Sequence record: DRR723986_22395
Length of the DNA: 53,066 nucleotides
Direction: 5' to 3' (one strand)
Shown here: positions 28,281 to 39,594 of the stretch, one piece after another
How the letters are laid out: each line of letters opens with the position of its first letter
Position numbering within the stretch: position 1 is the first letter of the stretch
Notes under the pieces: generated by a model
What the model was told of the DNA's origin: nothing
The model's database searches: none
Seen by the model: the letters and a program-made list of their open reading frames with translations, nothing else
Made by a program: the position numbers and the translations under genes

Positions 28281-30218
28281 TTACCCAATTACTATTCCCA
28301 GCTCTTTGTCAATTTCAAGCTGTACTTTTTTGAGCTCAAAATAAATCACCTGAAACTCATGAACTTTATCGTCATCTAGCTGCTCAGATTCCGCATTTTT
28401 TATTTTCTCCTTAGCCTCTTCCATTAGCTTTTGCACCATCTTGCGCTTCAACCTCAGGATGGATTTAAACCCGGTGATTGTCAGATCATCGGACTCAGTA
28501 TTGATTATAATCTGATGCGTATCTGCCCAATGATGCGAAACTTCATGGCGAACTGTAATTAAATCAATCACCTCTAGTTGTATTTCCTTATCACCCAAGC
28601 CTATAAAATATTCTGAGGTGGGAATTTCTCCCTGAAGTAGGCTATTTCTATACAGGTCTAGAATCCGATTATAAATAGGAGTAGTAAAATCGAGATCTTC
28701 AGTCTCAGAAAGTAGGTATTGACACAAGTGCATTTCTTCATCTCCTAATTTCTGCCAACCATAATTCACTAGAATGCGAATCATCTCACGTTCCTGAATT
28801 CTTAGAATTTCTGAGAAAGTCGTGGCAGTTTCGTCAGGAATTAATTCATTAACTGCCTGCTCGGCAAAAGCCTCGTCCTTCTGACTGTAATAATTATCCT
28901 TCTGGCTCTTTAACAGTGTTTTGTTTAGCTCCGCATGAATAATATCCTCCTCTATACCTAATAGGCCGGACGCTTCTTTTGCATATACAGATCGAATAAT
29001 TGGGTCAGGAATTTTCCCGATACTTAGTACAACTTCCCGGATTACCTCAGCTTTACGGATAGGATTTTTGGTAAATTCTTCCTTGTATAGACCTATTTTA
29101 AACCCAATAAAATCACGGCTATTGTTCTCGAGATAATCTTGAAACGCCTGGGAACCGACTTTTCTGGAATAACTGTCTGGATCTTCTCCATCAGGAAAAA
29201 CTACTGCTTTCACATTCAACCCACCTTCCAGCAATAGATCTATACCTCGAAGTGAAGCTTTGATCCCGGCAGCATCACCATCGTAGAGCACAGTCACCTG
29301 ATCGGTAAATCTCTTGATCAATTTGATCTGACCATCGGTCAGTGAAGTTCCCGAAGAAGCCACTACATTCTCTATCCCCGAAAGATGGAGGCTCACTACA
29401 TCCGTATAGCCTTCCACCAGATAGCAATTGTCTTTTTCTCGTATTGCTTTTTTCGCCTGAAACATCCCATAGAGCACATCGCTCTTATGATAAACTGGTG
29501 TCTCTGGAGAGTTGATGTATTTGGGTTGATTTTTGTCTTTGGTAAGGATTCGTGCACCGAAGCCAAGGGGTTTACCGCTAATGTTGTGAATTGCGAAAAT
29601 CACACGATTCCTAAATCGATCGTAAACTCGGGATGCATCTCCTTCTTTCTGCAGAATCAAACCTGCTTTTAGCAGAATTTCCTCCTTAAAACCAGCTGAC
29701 TTGGCAGCATTAAGCAAATTATCCCAACCGTCAAGTGCATAACCTAGGTCAAACTTCTCTATGATAGCTGGAGTAAATCCCCTCTCCTTGAAATAACTTA
29801 AGCCAATGGATTTCCCTTCTGCTGTTTGTAAGTTTTTCACAAAAAAGTCTCTAGCAAAACCTAAAGCTATGAGCAAGCTTTCCCGCTCATTTTGAGCTTC
29901 ATTCTGCTCAGGAGTACGGGTTTCATCTTCCTCTACCTCGATTCCATACCGCCCGGCTATGTGTTTAATTGCCTCTTGAAAACCAATGCCTTCAATATCC
30001 ATTATGAACTGGATTGGATCGCCGGCTTTGCCACACCCAAAGCACTTATAGATTTGCTTTGCAGGAGAAATAGAAAATGAAGGTGTCTTTTCTCCATGGA
30101 ACGGACAGTTGGCCCAGAGATTCTGACCTTTCTTTTTCATAGGTAAATAGTCACCGATCACCTCTTCGATGTCCATGCGTTCTTTGACCTTGTCCGTTGT
30201 AAGTTTACTTATGCCCAT
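28281..30218 (-). CDS. dnaG: DNA primase
   Basis: CPFHGEKTPSF...CFGC zinc finger, KYINSPET, VEGYTDV, YDGDAAG, DPD. TAACTTTG promoter at 30235-30242. Confidence 0.98.
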   Translation of the reverse strand: MGISKLTTDKVKERMDIEEVIGDYLPMKKKGQNLWANCPFHGEKTPSFSISPAKQIYKCFGCGKAGDPIQFIMDIEGIGFQEAIKHIAGRYGIEVEEDETRTPEQNEAQNERESLLIALGFARDFFVKNLQTAEGKSIGLSYFKERGFTPAIIEKFDLGYALDGWDNLLNAAKSAGFKEEILLKAGLILQKEGDASRVYDRFRNRVIFAIHNISGKPLGFGARILTKDKNQPKYINSPETPVYHKSDVLYGMFQAKKAIREKDNCYLVEGYTDVVSLHLSGIENVVASSGTSLTDGQIKLIKRFTDQVTVLYDGDAAGIKASLRGIDLLLEGGLNVKAVVFPDGEDPDSYSRKVGSQAFQDYLENNSRDFIGFKIGLYKEEFTKNPIRKAEVIREVVLSIGKIPDPIIRSVYAKEASGLLGIEEDIIHAELNKTLLKSQKDNYYSQKDEAFAEQAVNELIPDETATTFSEILRIQEREMIRILVNYGWQKLGDEEMHLCQYLLSETEDLDFTTPIYNRILDLYRNSLLQGEIPTSEYFIGLGDKEIQLEVIDLITVRHEVSHHWADTHQIIINTESDDLTITGFKSILRLKRKMVQKLMEEAKEKIKNAESEQLDDDKVHEFQVIYFELKKVQLEIDKELGIVIG

Positions 30219-30368
30219 AGGAAAATGAATGAAGCAAAGTTAATTGCTGAATCTAAAAAATGAGAACTTTCTAAGGTTTCATCTAGTTCAGAAGTAATAT
30301 AGATTTAATTCATACTTTATTTAGAAGCCATTAAGCTCTAAATTGCGCAAAATTACAATATTCAATTC

Positions 30369-31463
30369 ATGGAGTTAACTAAGGATAATATCCTGAAAAC
30401 GCTTTCCCGGGTACAAGATCCAGATCTGAAGAAGGATTTGGTCACGTTGGGGATGATACAAAAGATAGTAATCAACGGTAAAAACGTCAGCTTTAATGTA
30501 GTTCTCACTACGCCAGCCTGCCCTCTCAAAGAAGTAATCAAAAATAATTGCTTGGAAGTACTGAAAGAGGACTTTGGTTCTGAGCCTAAGTGGGACTTAT
30601 TTATGACTTCTCAGGTAACTACCATCAGAGATGCTGCACCCGTTTTACCTCAAGTTAAAAACATCATAGCCATTGCCTCTGGTAAAGGAGGAGTTGGCAA
30701 ATCCACCACAGCTGTAAATTTAGCGGTATCCCTAGCTAAAACCGGAGCAAAAGTTGGATTGATAGATGCAGATATATCGGGTCCTTCGATTCCTACTATG
30801 TTTAATGTGGAAGCGGAGCAACCAGCAGTAAAAAAAGTAGGTGAAAAGAATATTATCGTTCCTATAGAGCAATATGGAGTCAAATTGATGTCTATTGGTT
30901 TTCTAACACCTGTGGACAGTGCCGTGGTATGGAGAGGCCCTATGGCGAGTTCTGCGTTAAAGCAATTTATTTCAGACGTAGAATGGGGAGAATTGGATTA
31001 TTTATTGATTGACCTACCTCCAGGAACTTCGGATATTCACCTCACCATGGTACAAACAGTACCGGTTACCGGTGCGGTAATAGTAACAACGCCCCAAAAG
31101 GTCGCTTTGGCAGATGCTAACAAGGGATTGTCGATGTTTAGACAGCCACAAATTAACGTACCCATCTTAGGTGTTATTGAAAATATGGCTTATTTTACAC
31201 CCGAAGAATTACCTGATAATAAGTATTACTTATTTGGTAAAGAGGGAGGAAAAAGATTAGCTGAGAAATACGATGTGCCGTTTTTGGGAGAAATACCAAT
31301 CGTACAAAGTATTAGGGAAAGTGGTGATTCAGGATATCCAGCTGTTTTGAAAAAAGGAATCACCCAAGAATCATATATGACATTAGCTGAAGAAATAGCT
31401 AGACAAATTGCCATAAGAAATGCATCTCAGGATAAAACTGCAGTGGTAGAAATTAAAGCTTAA
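30369..31463 (+). CDS. mrp: Mrp/ApbC (NBP35-family) Fe-S cluster carrier ATPase
   Basis: N-terminal DUF59-like DPDL...TTPACP, SGKGGVGKST, WRGPM, DLPPGTSD. Confidence 0.93.
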   Translation: MELTKDNILKTLSRVQDPDLKKDLVTLGMIQKIVINGKNVSFNVVLTTPACPLKEVIKNNCLEVLKEDFGSEPKWDLFMTSQVTTIRDAAPVLPQVKNIIAIASGKGGVGKSTTAVNLAVSLAKTGAKVGLIDADISGPSIPTMFNVEAEQPAVKKVGEKNIIVPIEQYGVKLMSIGFLTPVDSAVVWRGPMASSALKQFISDVEWGELDYLLIDLPPGTSDIHLTMVQTVPVTGAVIVTTPQKVALADANKGLSMFRQPQINVPILGVIENMAYFTPEELPDNKYYLFGKEGGKRLAEKYDVPFLGEIPIVQSIRESGDSGYPAVLKKGITQESYMTLAEEIARQIAIRNASQDKTAVVEIKA

Positions 31464-31717
31464 TGAACATGCAACCAGAACTTAAAGAACAAATAGAATT
31501 TGCATTAGATACAATTCGACCATATCTGGAGGCAGATGGCGGAAATGTGAGGATAGTGGAACTGACCGACGACATGGTTTTAAAATTAGAGTTGTTAGGT
31601 TCATGTGGCTCATGCCCCATGTCTACTATGACCCTTAAGGCCGGAGTAGAAGAAGCTATCAAACGTGCAATCCCAGAAATCATTCGAGTAGAAGCCGTAA
31701 ACCTAACAGTTGCTTAA
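31463..31717 (+). CDS. NifU C-terminal (Nfu) domain Fe-S scaffold protein
   Basis: IRPYLEADGG, LGSCGSCPMSTMTLKAG. Start may be ATG 31469. Confidence 0.92.
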   Translation: MNMQPELKEQIEFALDTIRPYLEADGGNVRIVELTDDMVLKLELLGSCGSCPMSTMTLKAGVEEAIKRAIPEIIRVEAVNLTVA

Positions 31718-31728
31718 TTATTATAGTA

Positions 31729-34700
31729 ATGAAAAAAGGTTTTCGGGTTATTGACAAAGCCAGTATGCTCCTACTCGGAGCGTTTTTTGTGTTTTCATCA
31801 GGCTTTGCGCAGCAATTCAAAACCTTTGACATCACTGATCAACTAAACCAGTCGAATTCTCATACCCACAGAGAAAAGTGCGGTCATACGATTTTAGAAC
31901 AAAAAATGGAAAAGGAATTGGGCTATTTCGGCTCAAAACCATTTTTTGAAAGCTGGATAAATGACAGGATAGAAGACTATAAAAGTAGACCTCAAACCCT
32001 ATCCAGAATAAGCGATGATCCTATTCTTATCCCAGTGGTGGTTCATGTAATCCACAATGGTGAGAGTATGGGACAAGGGACCAATGTTCCTCTTTCTCAG
32101 ATTGAGGAGCAAATAAGGATATTGAATGAGGATTTTCAAAGATTAAATGCTGATGCAGTAAATACACCAGCTATTTTCGCCCCTGTCGCTGGCCAAATCA
32201 ATATTGAATTCATATTAGCCAAGCAAGACCCATCAGGATTACCTACAAGTGGAATCACCCGTACGGTAGGCTCAAAATCTTCCTATGATCCGAATACTGA
32301 CGCCACCACCATAGGCCAGTTGATCCAATGGAATCCAGCTGAATATATGAATATGTATGTGATTCCCTTGGTTAGTCCATACATCGGTTATTCTTCATTT
32401 CCAATTTCTGATCTACCTGGTATCAATGGCACACCAAATTCTGCGATTACTGACGGCGTAGTCATAGATTATAGATATTTTGGTATCGGTGGAAGTGCAG
32501 TATCCTCGTCAAGAGGCCGAACTGCCACTCACGAAGTAGGTCATTTTTTTGGCCTGCGTCATATCTGGGGTGATGGTGGATGTGGAGTAGATGATTTCGT
32601 GGATGATACGCCTCCTCAGGACAATTCAAATTCCGCCTGCAGTGCCAACGCTTCGCGATTCAGCTGCGATACACAGGACATGATCCAAAATTACATGGAT
32701 TATACCCCTGATGCTTGCATGAATCTATTCACTCAAGGCCAAGTGGAAAGATTTGAAGTTGTACTTGCAAATAGCCCTAGAAGAGTAACGCTACTGAATA
32801 ACCGAGCCACTCAGGATCCACAACTCGCTGAAAATGATTTAGCAATAGCAAGTGTTTTGGAACCAGGCGAATTTGAGTGTGACCCACTTATCAATCCTTC
32901 TATAGAGGTTCTAAATGCAGGGAAAAACATCTTGACTTCAGGAAGAATTGAGCTTCGAAGAAATGGGACGATTCTGGAATCCAAAAGAGTTACTTTCAAT
33001 CTAGCTACCGGAGAGAAATTTTTAGTGAATTTTAATCAATTCACACTTCTCCCAAATTCAAACACGATTGAATTTAGAATTACCCAGACCAATGATGTCC
33101 CTGATATCATCACTGAAAATAACAGCAGAATTATTACCCCTGAACTGGAGCAACCTGTCAATCTCCCTTACACTAATAATTTAAGTACCTTTCCTTCCCC
33201 TTGGTCTGTTTCCAATCCTGATGAACTCACGACTTGGGAAAAAAGAACCTTAACAATTTCGGGTGAGACACAAGATTTGGTTTACATTAGGCATTACGAA
33301 TATGAAGCTCCAGGGCAATTAGATTACTATATCTCTCCGATTATTAATCTAACTCAATTTCCAAATGCACAACTTGTATTTGAACTAGCTTATGCACCTT
33401 ACGACCAGGCTGGATTTACCGATGGATTAATAGTAGCTGTATCCCAAGATTGTGGTAATACATTTGATATTGCAAATGCCCCTTACGATAAAAATGATGC
33501 GCAATTACAAACCGCTCCAGCCACTCTAGATGAATTTATCCCGAACAATAACACGCAATTCAGAACTGAAATAGTCAATCTATCAGGCTATGCAGATCTA
33601 GGCTCAATCAGGCTAGCTTTTATCTCAGAGAATGCGTACGGAAACAACATCTACATTAAAAACATCAGGATACTTCCTAGCGAAGAATTTAAGTATAAAT
33701 TAAATATCTCAGATATTAAATCCCCGACGCCTATTTCAGATGGTACTAGTGAATCTGATACTGTTACTTTGATTAACAGCGGGACTGTTCCTGTTTCTAC
33801 CTTCTTATTTTCAAGTTCAGTAAACGATGCTCCTGCACAAACTTATTTGGCCAGTGGCAGCACATTTTCACCATCTGAGTCCATCGATATTTCTATTCCA
33901 AATAGGACTACTGAGGGAAAAAGTAAAGTTAAGTTTGTAGTATCACAACCAAACTTTGATCAAAATGGAAATAACTCTGACAGCACGGAGTTGTACGTGA
34001 TAGAAGATGATTCCACCATACCAGTGCCCTGGAGACAAAACTTCAATAGCTCAGCAGCGTTAACTCCGTGGCAGACAATTAACCCTGAATCAAATGATGA
34101 AGGGTGGATTATTGCTTCGGCTTCATCTACCGAAGGGCCAAATAATGTAGTACGCGCTACTACCAAAAAACAAGGTAACTCCTACTGGCTAGGAACACCA
34201 ATTTTTGACTTATCGGCAAGTAGACAAGCAAGTATATTCTTTGATCTTGCGGCGGGTGTAAATGGTGCCAATACAAGGCTGAAACTATTGGCTAGTTCCA
34301 ATGGTGGAAATACCTATATGGAAGTCTGGTCTGCAAGTGGATCTTCACTTTCTACAGTTTCATCTGGAGAAGCAAATCCTAACAGTCCAGGCGATTACGT
34401 TCGTAAATTTGTCAATTTGAGTGATTTTGCGGGGTCAGGGAAAACCCAAACAAGGCTTGCGTTTGTATTAGAAAATGGATTGGAGACTGATCCACCTATC
34501 TACTTAGATAATATAGAATTATTCTTGAATGCTAATCCTGAGCCGGTAGTGCCTGCGATAGGAATGTCCGTTCTGTACCCAAATCCAGCACGAGATGTAT
34601 TCAATATTTCTTTTAATTTGAATGATTTGGAAGATGTAACCATTCAAGTCATCTCAAGTACAGGTGCATTGGTTCAAGAAATTGTCTACCCAGGCACACT

Positions 34701-34806
34701 TAATCAGACTTATTCTTTTAGCACTCAACTTTTTTCTAAGGGTGTGTTTATTGTCAATATATCGAGTAATACGATTAGAGAAACACGAAGATTAATCATT
34801 AATTAA
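31729..34806 (+). CDS. M43 (pappalysin/ulilysin-like) zinc metalloprotease with T9SS C-terminal domain
   Basis: Signal peptide, KCG Cys-switch, IPVVVHVIH, HEVGHFFGLRH, NYMDY Met-turn, CTD YPNPA. Confidence 0.92.
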   Translation: MKKGFRVIDKASMLLLGAFFVFSSGFAQQFKTFDITDQLNQSNSHTHREKCGHTILEQKMEKELGYFGSKPFFESWINDRIEDYKSRPQTLSRISDDPILIPVVVHVIHNGESMGQGTNVPLSQIEEQIRILNEDFQRLNADAVNTPAIFAPVAGQINIEFILAKQDPSGLPTSGITRTVGSKSSYDPNTDATTIGQLIQWNPAEYMNMYVIPLVSPYIGYSSFPISDLPGINGTPNSAITDGVVIDYRYFGIGGSAVSSSRGRTATHEVGHFFGLRHIWGDGGCGVDDFVDDTPPQDNSNSACSANASRFSCDTQDMIQNYMDYTPDACMNLFTQGQVERFEVVLANSPRRVTLLNNRATQDPQLAENDLAIASVLEPGEFECDPLINPSIEVLNAGKNILTSGRIELRRNGTILESKRVTFNLATGEKFLVNFNQFTLLPNSNTIEFRITQTNDVPDIITENNSRIITPELEQPVNLPYTNNLSTFPSPWSVSNPDELTTWEKRTLTISGETQDLVYIRHYEYEAPGQLDYYISPIINLTQFPNAQLVFELAYAPYDQAGFTDGLIVAVSQDCGNTFDIANAPYDKNDAQLQTAPATLDEFIPNNNTQFRTEIVNLSGYADLGSIRLAFISENAYGNNIYIKNIRILPSEEFKYKLNISDIKSPTPISDGTSESDTVTLINSGTVPVSTFLFSSSVNDAPAQTYLASGSTFSPSESIDISIPNRTTEGKSKVKFVVSQPNFDQNGNNSDSTELYVIEDDSTIPVPWRQNFNSSAALTPWQTINPESNDEGWIIASASSTEGPNNVVRATTKKQGNSYWLGTPIFDLSASRQASIFFDLAAGVNGANTRLKLLASSNGGNTYMEVWSASGSSLSTVSSGEANPNSPGDYVRKFVNLSDFAGSGKTQTRLAFVLENGLETDPPIYLDNIELFLNANPEPVVPAIGMSVLYPNPARDVFNISFNLNDLEDVTIQVISSTGALVQEIVYPGTLNQTYSFSTQLFSKGVFIVNISSNTIRETRRLIIN

Positions 34807-34848
34807 GCAAAAATAAGCTGAAGAAATCCTCTTCGGCTTATTTTTTGC
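34807..34848 (+). terminator. Intrinsic terminator
   Basis: AAAAATAAGCTGAAGA/TCTTCGGCTTATTTTT stem. Confidence 0.75.
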
Positions 34849-34952
34849 CTGAGGGATAAAACAGTTTTAGAATAATTCTTCGTTGTGAGGATTGAATTTC
34901 CCGCTTATCTTTAACTATTAAAATTTCTCAAGTATTACATTCCACTTTCCTT

Positions 34953-35693
34953 TTGAAAAAGATATTAATTAACCTCCTAGTGATCATAGGGATTTCAGTA
35001 TTACTGGGTTTCCTTTTTTTGAAAGTTTATCTACCCATGTACACCAACCATGGTGAATCAGTCTCTGTCCCGGATTTGTCCGGCTATACATTCGATGAAG
35101 GAGTAGATATTCTCGATAGAGCTGGTCTTCAATATGAAGTGTCGCTAGACTCAGGATTCAACACAGATCTCAAGACTTTTGCAATTTTGAAGCAAATCCC
35201 AGAGCCAAACGCTCAGGTAAAAAGTGGTAAAACCGTTTACCTGACGCTGAACGCCCGAAATGCTCCTATGCTAAAAATGCCAAACTTAGTAAATACTCAG
35301 CTAAAAAACGTACAGGAGATATTGGCAAACATGGGATTGGAAAGAGGAGATATCAGGTATGTACCAGATATCGGTATCAATGTGGTTTTGGAGCAAAAAT
35401 ACCGTGGAGTAAATGTGCCTGAAGGATTCGAAATCCCTAAAGGCGCAAAAATTGACTTGGTTGTTGGAGATGGAATGGGTAATCAAATCCTGGCTGTTCC
35501 TGATCTAAAAGGAATGGACGAAGTAGATGCTGAGTTCTTAATATTGGGTTCTAGCCTAAGGGTAGGTAATAAGTATTACCTTGATACCGACTCCGTGGGG
35601 GCAGGCAAAGTATTGCGGCAAAATCCTGAAGCAACTAGGCAGGTGAAAACTGGAGAATTGATTGATCTTTGGATTGCGAAAGATAACTTGTAG
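34953..35693 (+). CDS. PASTA-domain membrane protein
   Basis: N-terminal TM, three VPDL/MPNL...Q.P repeats. TTG start. Confidence 0.88.
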   Translation: MKKILINLLVIIGISVLLGFLFLKVYLPMYTNHGESVSVPDLSGYTFDEGVDILDRAGLQYEVSLDSGFNTDLKTFAILKQIPEPNAQVKSGKTVYLTLNARNAPMLKMPNLVNTQLKNVQEILANMGLERGDIRYVPDIGINVVLEQKYRGVNVPEGFEIPKGAKIDLVVGDGMGNQILAVPDLKGMDEVDAEFLILGSSLRVGNKYYLDTDSVGAGKVLRQNPEATRQVKTGELIDLWIAKDNL

Positions 35694-35698
35694 GCTAC

Positions 35699-37534
35699 AT
35701 GCTAAAAATCCACCACATTTTTCGGATGACAGGGCTTCTTGTAGGCTTTTTCATATCGACTTTGGCTTTTGGCCAATTGGTGGAGATTGCACCTATCCAG
35801 CATTCTAAAATAAAATCCCAAGAATTTTCTGACCTTAACTGGAGAACCACAGCAGGTAATACCCTCCCTTTTTGGGATGATTTTTCCCAAGGGATAGACA
35901 CACTGAAATGGACAGTTTCAGGCGCATCATATACTCAAACTATAGGCTTAAATCCACCATCTATTGGGATGATTCTTTTTGATGGGGTAGATGCAAACGG
36001 CAATCCTTACTCCTTAGCACAACGTGATCAGGGAGAAACGGACTACCTAACCTCAAAATCATTTGACCTTAGTACGCTAAGTGCACCAGATAGTGAAAGT
36101 CTGTATTTAAGTTTTTTTTGGCAAGCTGCAGGCAGAGCAGAACTTCCAGATGAAAGTGATCAGCTAATCTTGCAAATTCTTGACCCAGCAGGAAGCTGGA
36201 TCACCATCTGGAGTCAACTTGGTGGAGTATCACTGGATACTGAAGTCTTCACACAAGAGATAGTCAAAATTCTACCTTCTTGGCAACACGCCAATTTTCA
36301 GTTTAGATTTTTCTCAGAGGGCAGGCAATCAGGCCCCTTTGATAGTTGGATAATAGATTACATCTACCTCAATGATGGGAGAACAAGTTCTGATCTCGAC
36401 TATAAGGACAGAAGCTTGACCAAGACAAATGAACTTAGAATTGGTGACTTCGGCGCCTACCCATTTGTGCTCTTAGAAAGCAATCAAAACGATCTTTGGA
36501 GTACAGTGAAAAACACATTCTACAATCTGGAAAATCGCTTTCGTGCCATGGAGTATTCTATCGTGATCAGAGATTCTTCCACTAAGAGTAGTACGCCCAT
36601 AAATCTAAATACTCCTTTCAACCCGGTACCGAATGCTCTAGAGAGAAGAGATTTTGAAAGTAGGAACTTTGATGAAATTCCAATTCCAGAGAATAAAACG
36701 ACTTTGGAAATTATCTCTGCCATTACCTCTGGCGATGAATTACTTTATGAAGTTTCGGCTGGAGATACCACTTATTTCCCCACTGTAAATTATGAGCTAA
36801 ACGATACTGTAAAGACATTTTTCCCACTCTTAGACTACTTTGCCTATGACAATGGTTCTGCTGATTACGCAGCTGGAATTAATCAGAGATCCGGTCAATT
36901 AGCTGTGAAATACTTTACGCCTCAAGAGGTTTATCTGAAAGGAATATCTATAAATTTCAGTAACCCAAAACAAGCAAATCAAGCCGTAGATATAAATGTA
37001 TGGACAGATCTCGATAAAGATCCAATCCTCACAAAGGAGGATTTAATTGCGGTAAAGGAAGCTGGTCAAGAGTTTTTATATTATTCTCTTGACACGAATA
37101 TCACGGTTGATGGAGACTTTTACATTGGCTTTACGCAATTCACCAACGACTTTATCCATGTAGGTCTAGATAAGGTTAATGACAACGGCGATAAGCTTTA
37201 TTACAACGTTGTGGGGGCTTGGGTTCAAAATGAGGAAGTGCAGGGTTCGCTGATGATCAGGCCACATATTAGTCTGGAAGCACCATTTGAAGAGGTAGTC
37301 GCACCTGAGGGTAATATTAGGATTTATCCTAATCCGGTAGAGACCCTACTCAATTTGGAAGGGGAATTTAGTGAAGCTAGAGTCTTTGATTCCTATGGGA
37401 GAGAAATTTTTCTTGAGCGTCAATTTTCACCCAAAGGAGAAATCGTTAATTTTAACGGACAGCGTCCGGGAATTTATGTACTAAACTTGGTAACCGGAGC
37501 TGGAATGCAATCATATAGAATTTTAGTCAAATAA
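35699..37534 (+). CDS. T9SS type-A sorting domain protein of unknown function
   Basis: Signal peptide, LPFWDDFS, YFAYDNGSA, CTD IYPNPV...GIYVL. Confidence 0.85.
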   Translation: MLKIHHIFRMTGLLVGFFISTLAFGQLVEIAPIQHSKIKSQEFSDLNWRTTAGNTLPFWDDFSQGIDTLKWTVSGASYTQTIGLNPPSIGMILFDGVDANGNPYSLAQRDQGETDYLTSKSFDLSTLSAPDSESLYLSFFWQAAGRAELPDESDQLILQILDPAGSWITIWSQLGGVSLDTEVFTQEIVKILPSWQHANFQFRFFSEGRQSGPFDSWIIDYIYLNDGRTSSDLDYKDRSLTKTNELRIGDFGAYPFVLLESNQNDLWSTVKNTFYNLENRFRAMEYSIVIRDSSTKSSTPINLNTPFNPVPNALERRDFESRNFDEIPIPENKTTLEIISAITSGDELLYEVSAGDTTYFPTVNYELNDTVKTFFPLLDYFAYDNGSADYAAGINQRSGQLAVKYFTPQEVYLKGISINFSNPKQANQAVDINVWTDLDKDPILTKEDLIAVKEAGQEFLYYSLDTNITVDGDFYIGFTQFTNDFIHVGLDKVNDNGDKLYYNVVGAWVQNEEVQGSLMIRPHISLEAPFEEVVAPEGNIRIYPNPVETLLNLEGEFSEARVFDSYGREIFLERQFSPKGEIVNFNGQRPGIYVLNLVTGAGMQSYRILVK

Positions 37535-37538
37535 TAAT

Positions 37539-37835
37539 ATGGAAGATATAACAGTAGAAGACCTCAAATCCAGATTGGATAACAACGAAAAATTCATGTT
37601 TCTTGATGTTCGCGAAGAATGGGAATACGAGGATGATAATTTGGGTGCAAAAAATATCCCATTAGCGGATTTACCCTCTAGACTTGACGAATTGGAAGCA
37701 TACAAAGACTCTGAAATAGTAGTTCACTGTAGATCAGGAGCCAGAAGTATGAATGCTAAGAAATTTTTGGAGTCCAAAGGTTTTTCAAAAGTTCGAAACA
37801 CTACAGGAGGAATTTTAGCTTACAGAAATCTTTAA
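37539..37835 (+). CDS. Rhodanese-like single-domain protein
   Basis: LDVREEWEY, VHCRSGARS, GGILAY. Confidence 0.92.
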   Translation: MEDITVEDLKSRLDNNEKFMFLDVREEWEYEDDNLGAKNIPLADLPSRLDELEAYKDSEIVVHCRSGARSMNAKKFLESKGFSKVRNTTGGILAYRNL

Positions 37836-37839
37836 AACC

Positions 37840-37863
37840 AACTCCCTTCGGGGAGTTTTTTTT
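37840..37863 (+). terminator. Intrinsic terminator with UUCG tetraloop
   Basis: AACTCCC-TTCG-GGGAGTT followed by T run. Confidence 0.8.
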
Positions 37864-38972
37864 TATTTGAAAATAAATGGCTCGGGAGAAAAACATAAGA
37901 TGAATACCACTATGGCTACCACACCTACTATTTTTCTGTTGGTATCTAACTCGCGGAAACCCGATACTTCTGGATGACGCAAACCCATAATTCTCCCCAG
38001 TAAAAAGCCATAAAATAACCATCCCTGATATCCATGAAGCTCAGGATTGATGAAGGCCAATGCATACTGAAACGCACCTATTCCCAAAGCAAGAGTGACC
38101 CTATTCTTTAAACTTAAGCCTGACTTGGTGAAACAAATAAAGAGGAATCCCAAGTAAAGAGGAATCCATAGCATCAAATCCTCAATAGGAGAATAAGGAC
38201 TAATAATGCCGATTCCTGCGTATCCTATAAATAAAATATAGGCGACTAAAGAAATCTCTTTGTGGCGTCTCGGAAAAAGACCAAATATCACATGCCCACC
38301 ATCCAACTGCCCTATAGGCAGTAAATTTAAAGCTGTGAAAAACAAAGCAAGAAATCCAGCAAATAAATAAGGGTAATGTATCACCTCCGCCATAGGTGGC
38401 ATACGATCTGGATCTGCAAATACCTCTCCCAATCCCCAGAAAAGCAGGTTATTGCCCAACTCAAAATCTAATACTCCTTCTTCATAACCTTGAAAATTAG
38501 GATCAGAATATTCTGGATGTATGGAATAAATAAAATCAGGTTCAGGAAGTGTAGCAAAACCATAAATAAGCACGATAAGCGCAATCAAAAAACCTGCAAG
38601 AGGTCCAGCAACGCCTATATCGAAAAACTTTTTTCGACTATTTACAAAGCCCTTCATCTGGATTACTGCTCCAAAGGTACCAATAGTGGGTATTCCAATA
38701 AATCCTAACCATCCAGGTATAAAATAAGGCAGGGTGCATTTCACTTTGTGGTATATAGCAATAAAAAAATGTCCTAACTCGTGAATTAGTAAAATTCCAA
38801 TAAAGGGAATGGAGAAAGCCATGGATTTCCAAAAATACTCCCAGGTCAGGAAGCTATCATCCAAACCAAGCACCGATTTACCATAAACCCATTCTGCTCC
38901 TGCGAGTGTAGTAGCAATCAGAGTAACTAGAAATAGAATTCCGTGACGGAGGTATTCTTTTTTGCTATACAT
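37863..38972 (-). CDS. Site-2 protease (M50 family)
   Basis: HELGH, IGVAGP, NLLPIGQLDGGH, multi-TM. Confidence 0.93.
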   Translation of the reverse strand: MYSKKEYLRHGILFLVTLIATTLAGAEWVYGKSVLGLDDSFLTWEYFWKSMAFSIPFIGILLIHELGHFFIAIYHKVKCTLPYFIPGWLGFIGIPTIGTFGAVIQMKGFVNSRKKFFDIGVAGPLAGFLIALIVLIYGFATLPEPDFIYSIHPEYSDPNFQGYEEGVLDFELGNNLLFWGLGEVFADPDRMPPMAEVIHYPYLFAGFLALFFTALNLLPIGQLDGGHVIFGLFPRRHKEISLVAYILFIGYAGIGIISPYSPIEDLMLWIPLYLGFLFICFTKSGLSLKNRVTLALGIGAFQYALAFINPELHGYQGWLFYGFLLGRIMGLRHPEVSGFRELDTNRKIVGVVAIVVFILCFSPEPFIFK

Positions 38973-39594
38973 TCTTAAAATAATCGAAAATTACTTCAGG
39001 GCCTGTCACATGTACAGCCTGAATACCTACTTTTTTAGCACCTTCCACGTTGGCAATTAAATCATCAAAAAACACCACACGGTCTCCCGATGTTCCTAAG
39101 TCCACCAGCATCTTTTCATAGATTTCTGCAGAAGGTTTAGCTAGTCCCATTTCATGACTTAAAAACACCCAATCAAAAATTGGATCAAAATTTTGTAGGC
39201 TATGATCATTCTGTAAAATTCTATTTACAGCATTAATATGGATCAAATTTGTATTGCTTAATACACCAACCTGAAATTTTTCTCTCAATTTTAAAATTAA
39301 TTCAAGCCTTTCTGAAGGAATTTTTAGCAGTAAACTGTTCCACAATTCATCTACTTTTTCATCCTTCCACGCCTGATTAAAATACGCTTTTACAGCTTGC
39401 CGAAACTCAGCCGAATTGATTCTACCTACCTCATAATCCTTGTGAAAATCAGTTAGATAAAACCCCTCTACTTTGTGATGGAACTCAGAAGAAACTTCCT
39501 CTTTGATACGATTTATTGCCTTCTGATAATCTATATCTATGATGACATTTCCTAAATCAAAAATCAAAAAGTCTGCATCAGGTGCATTTTTCAT
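38965..39594 (-). CDS. HAD-superfamily phosphatase (YihX-like)
   Basis: Start moved to ATG 39594. IFDLGNV, LSNTN, KP, FFDD..NVEGA. Confidence 0.88.
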   Translation of the reverse strand: MKNAPDADFLIFDLGNVIIDIDYQKAINRIKEEVSSEFHHKVEGFYLTDFHKDYEVGRINSAEFRQAVKAYFNQAWKDEKVDELWNSLLLKIPSERLELILKLREKFQVGVLSNTNLIHINAVNRILQNDHSLQNFDPIFDWVFLSHEMGLAKPSAEIYEKMLVDLGTSGDRVVFFDDLIANVEGAKKVGIQAVHVTGPEVIFDYFKNV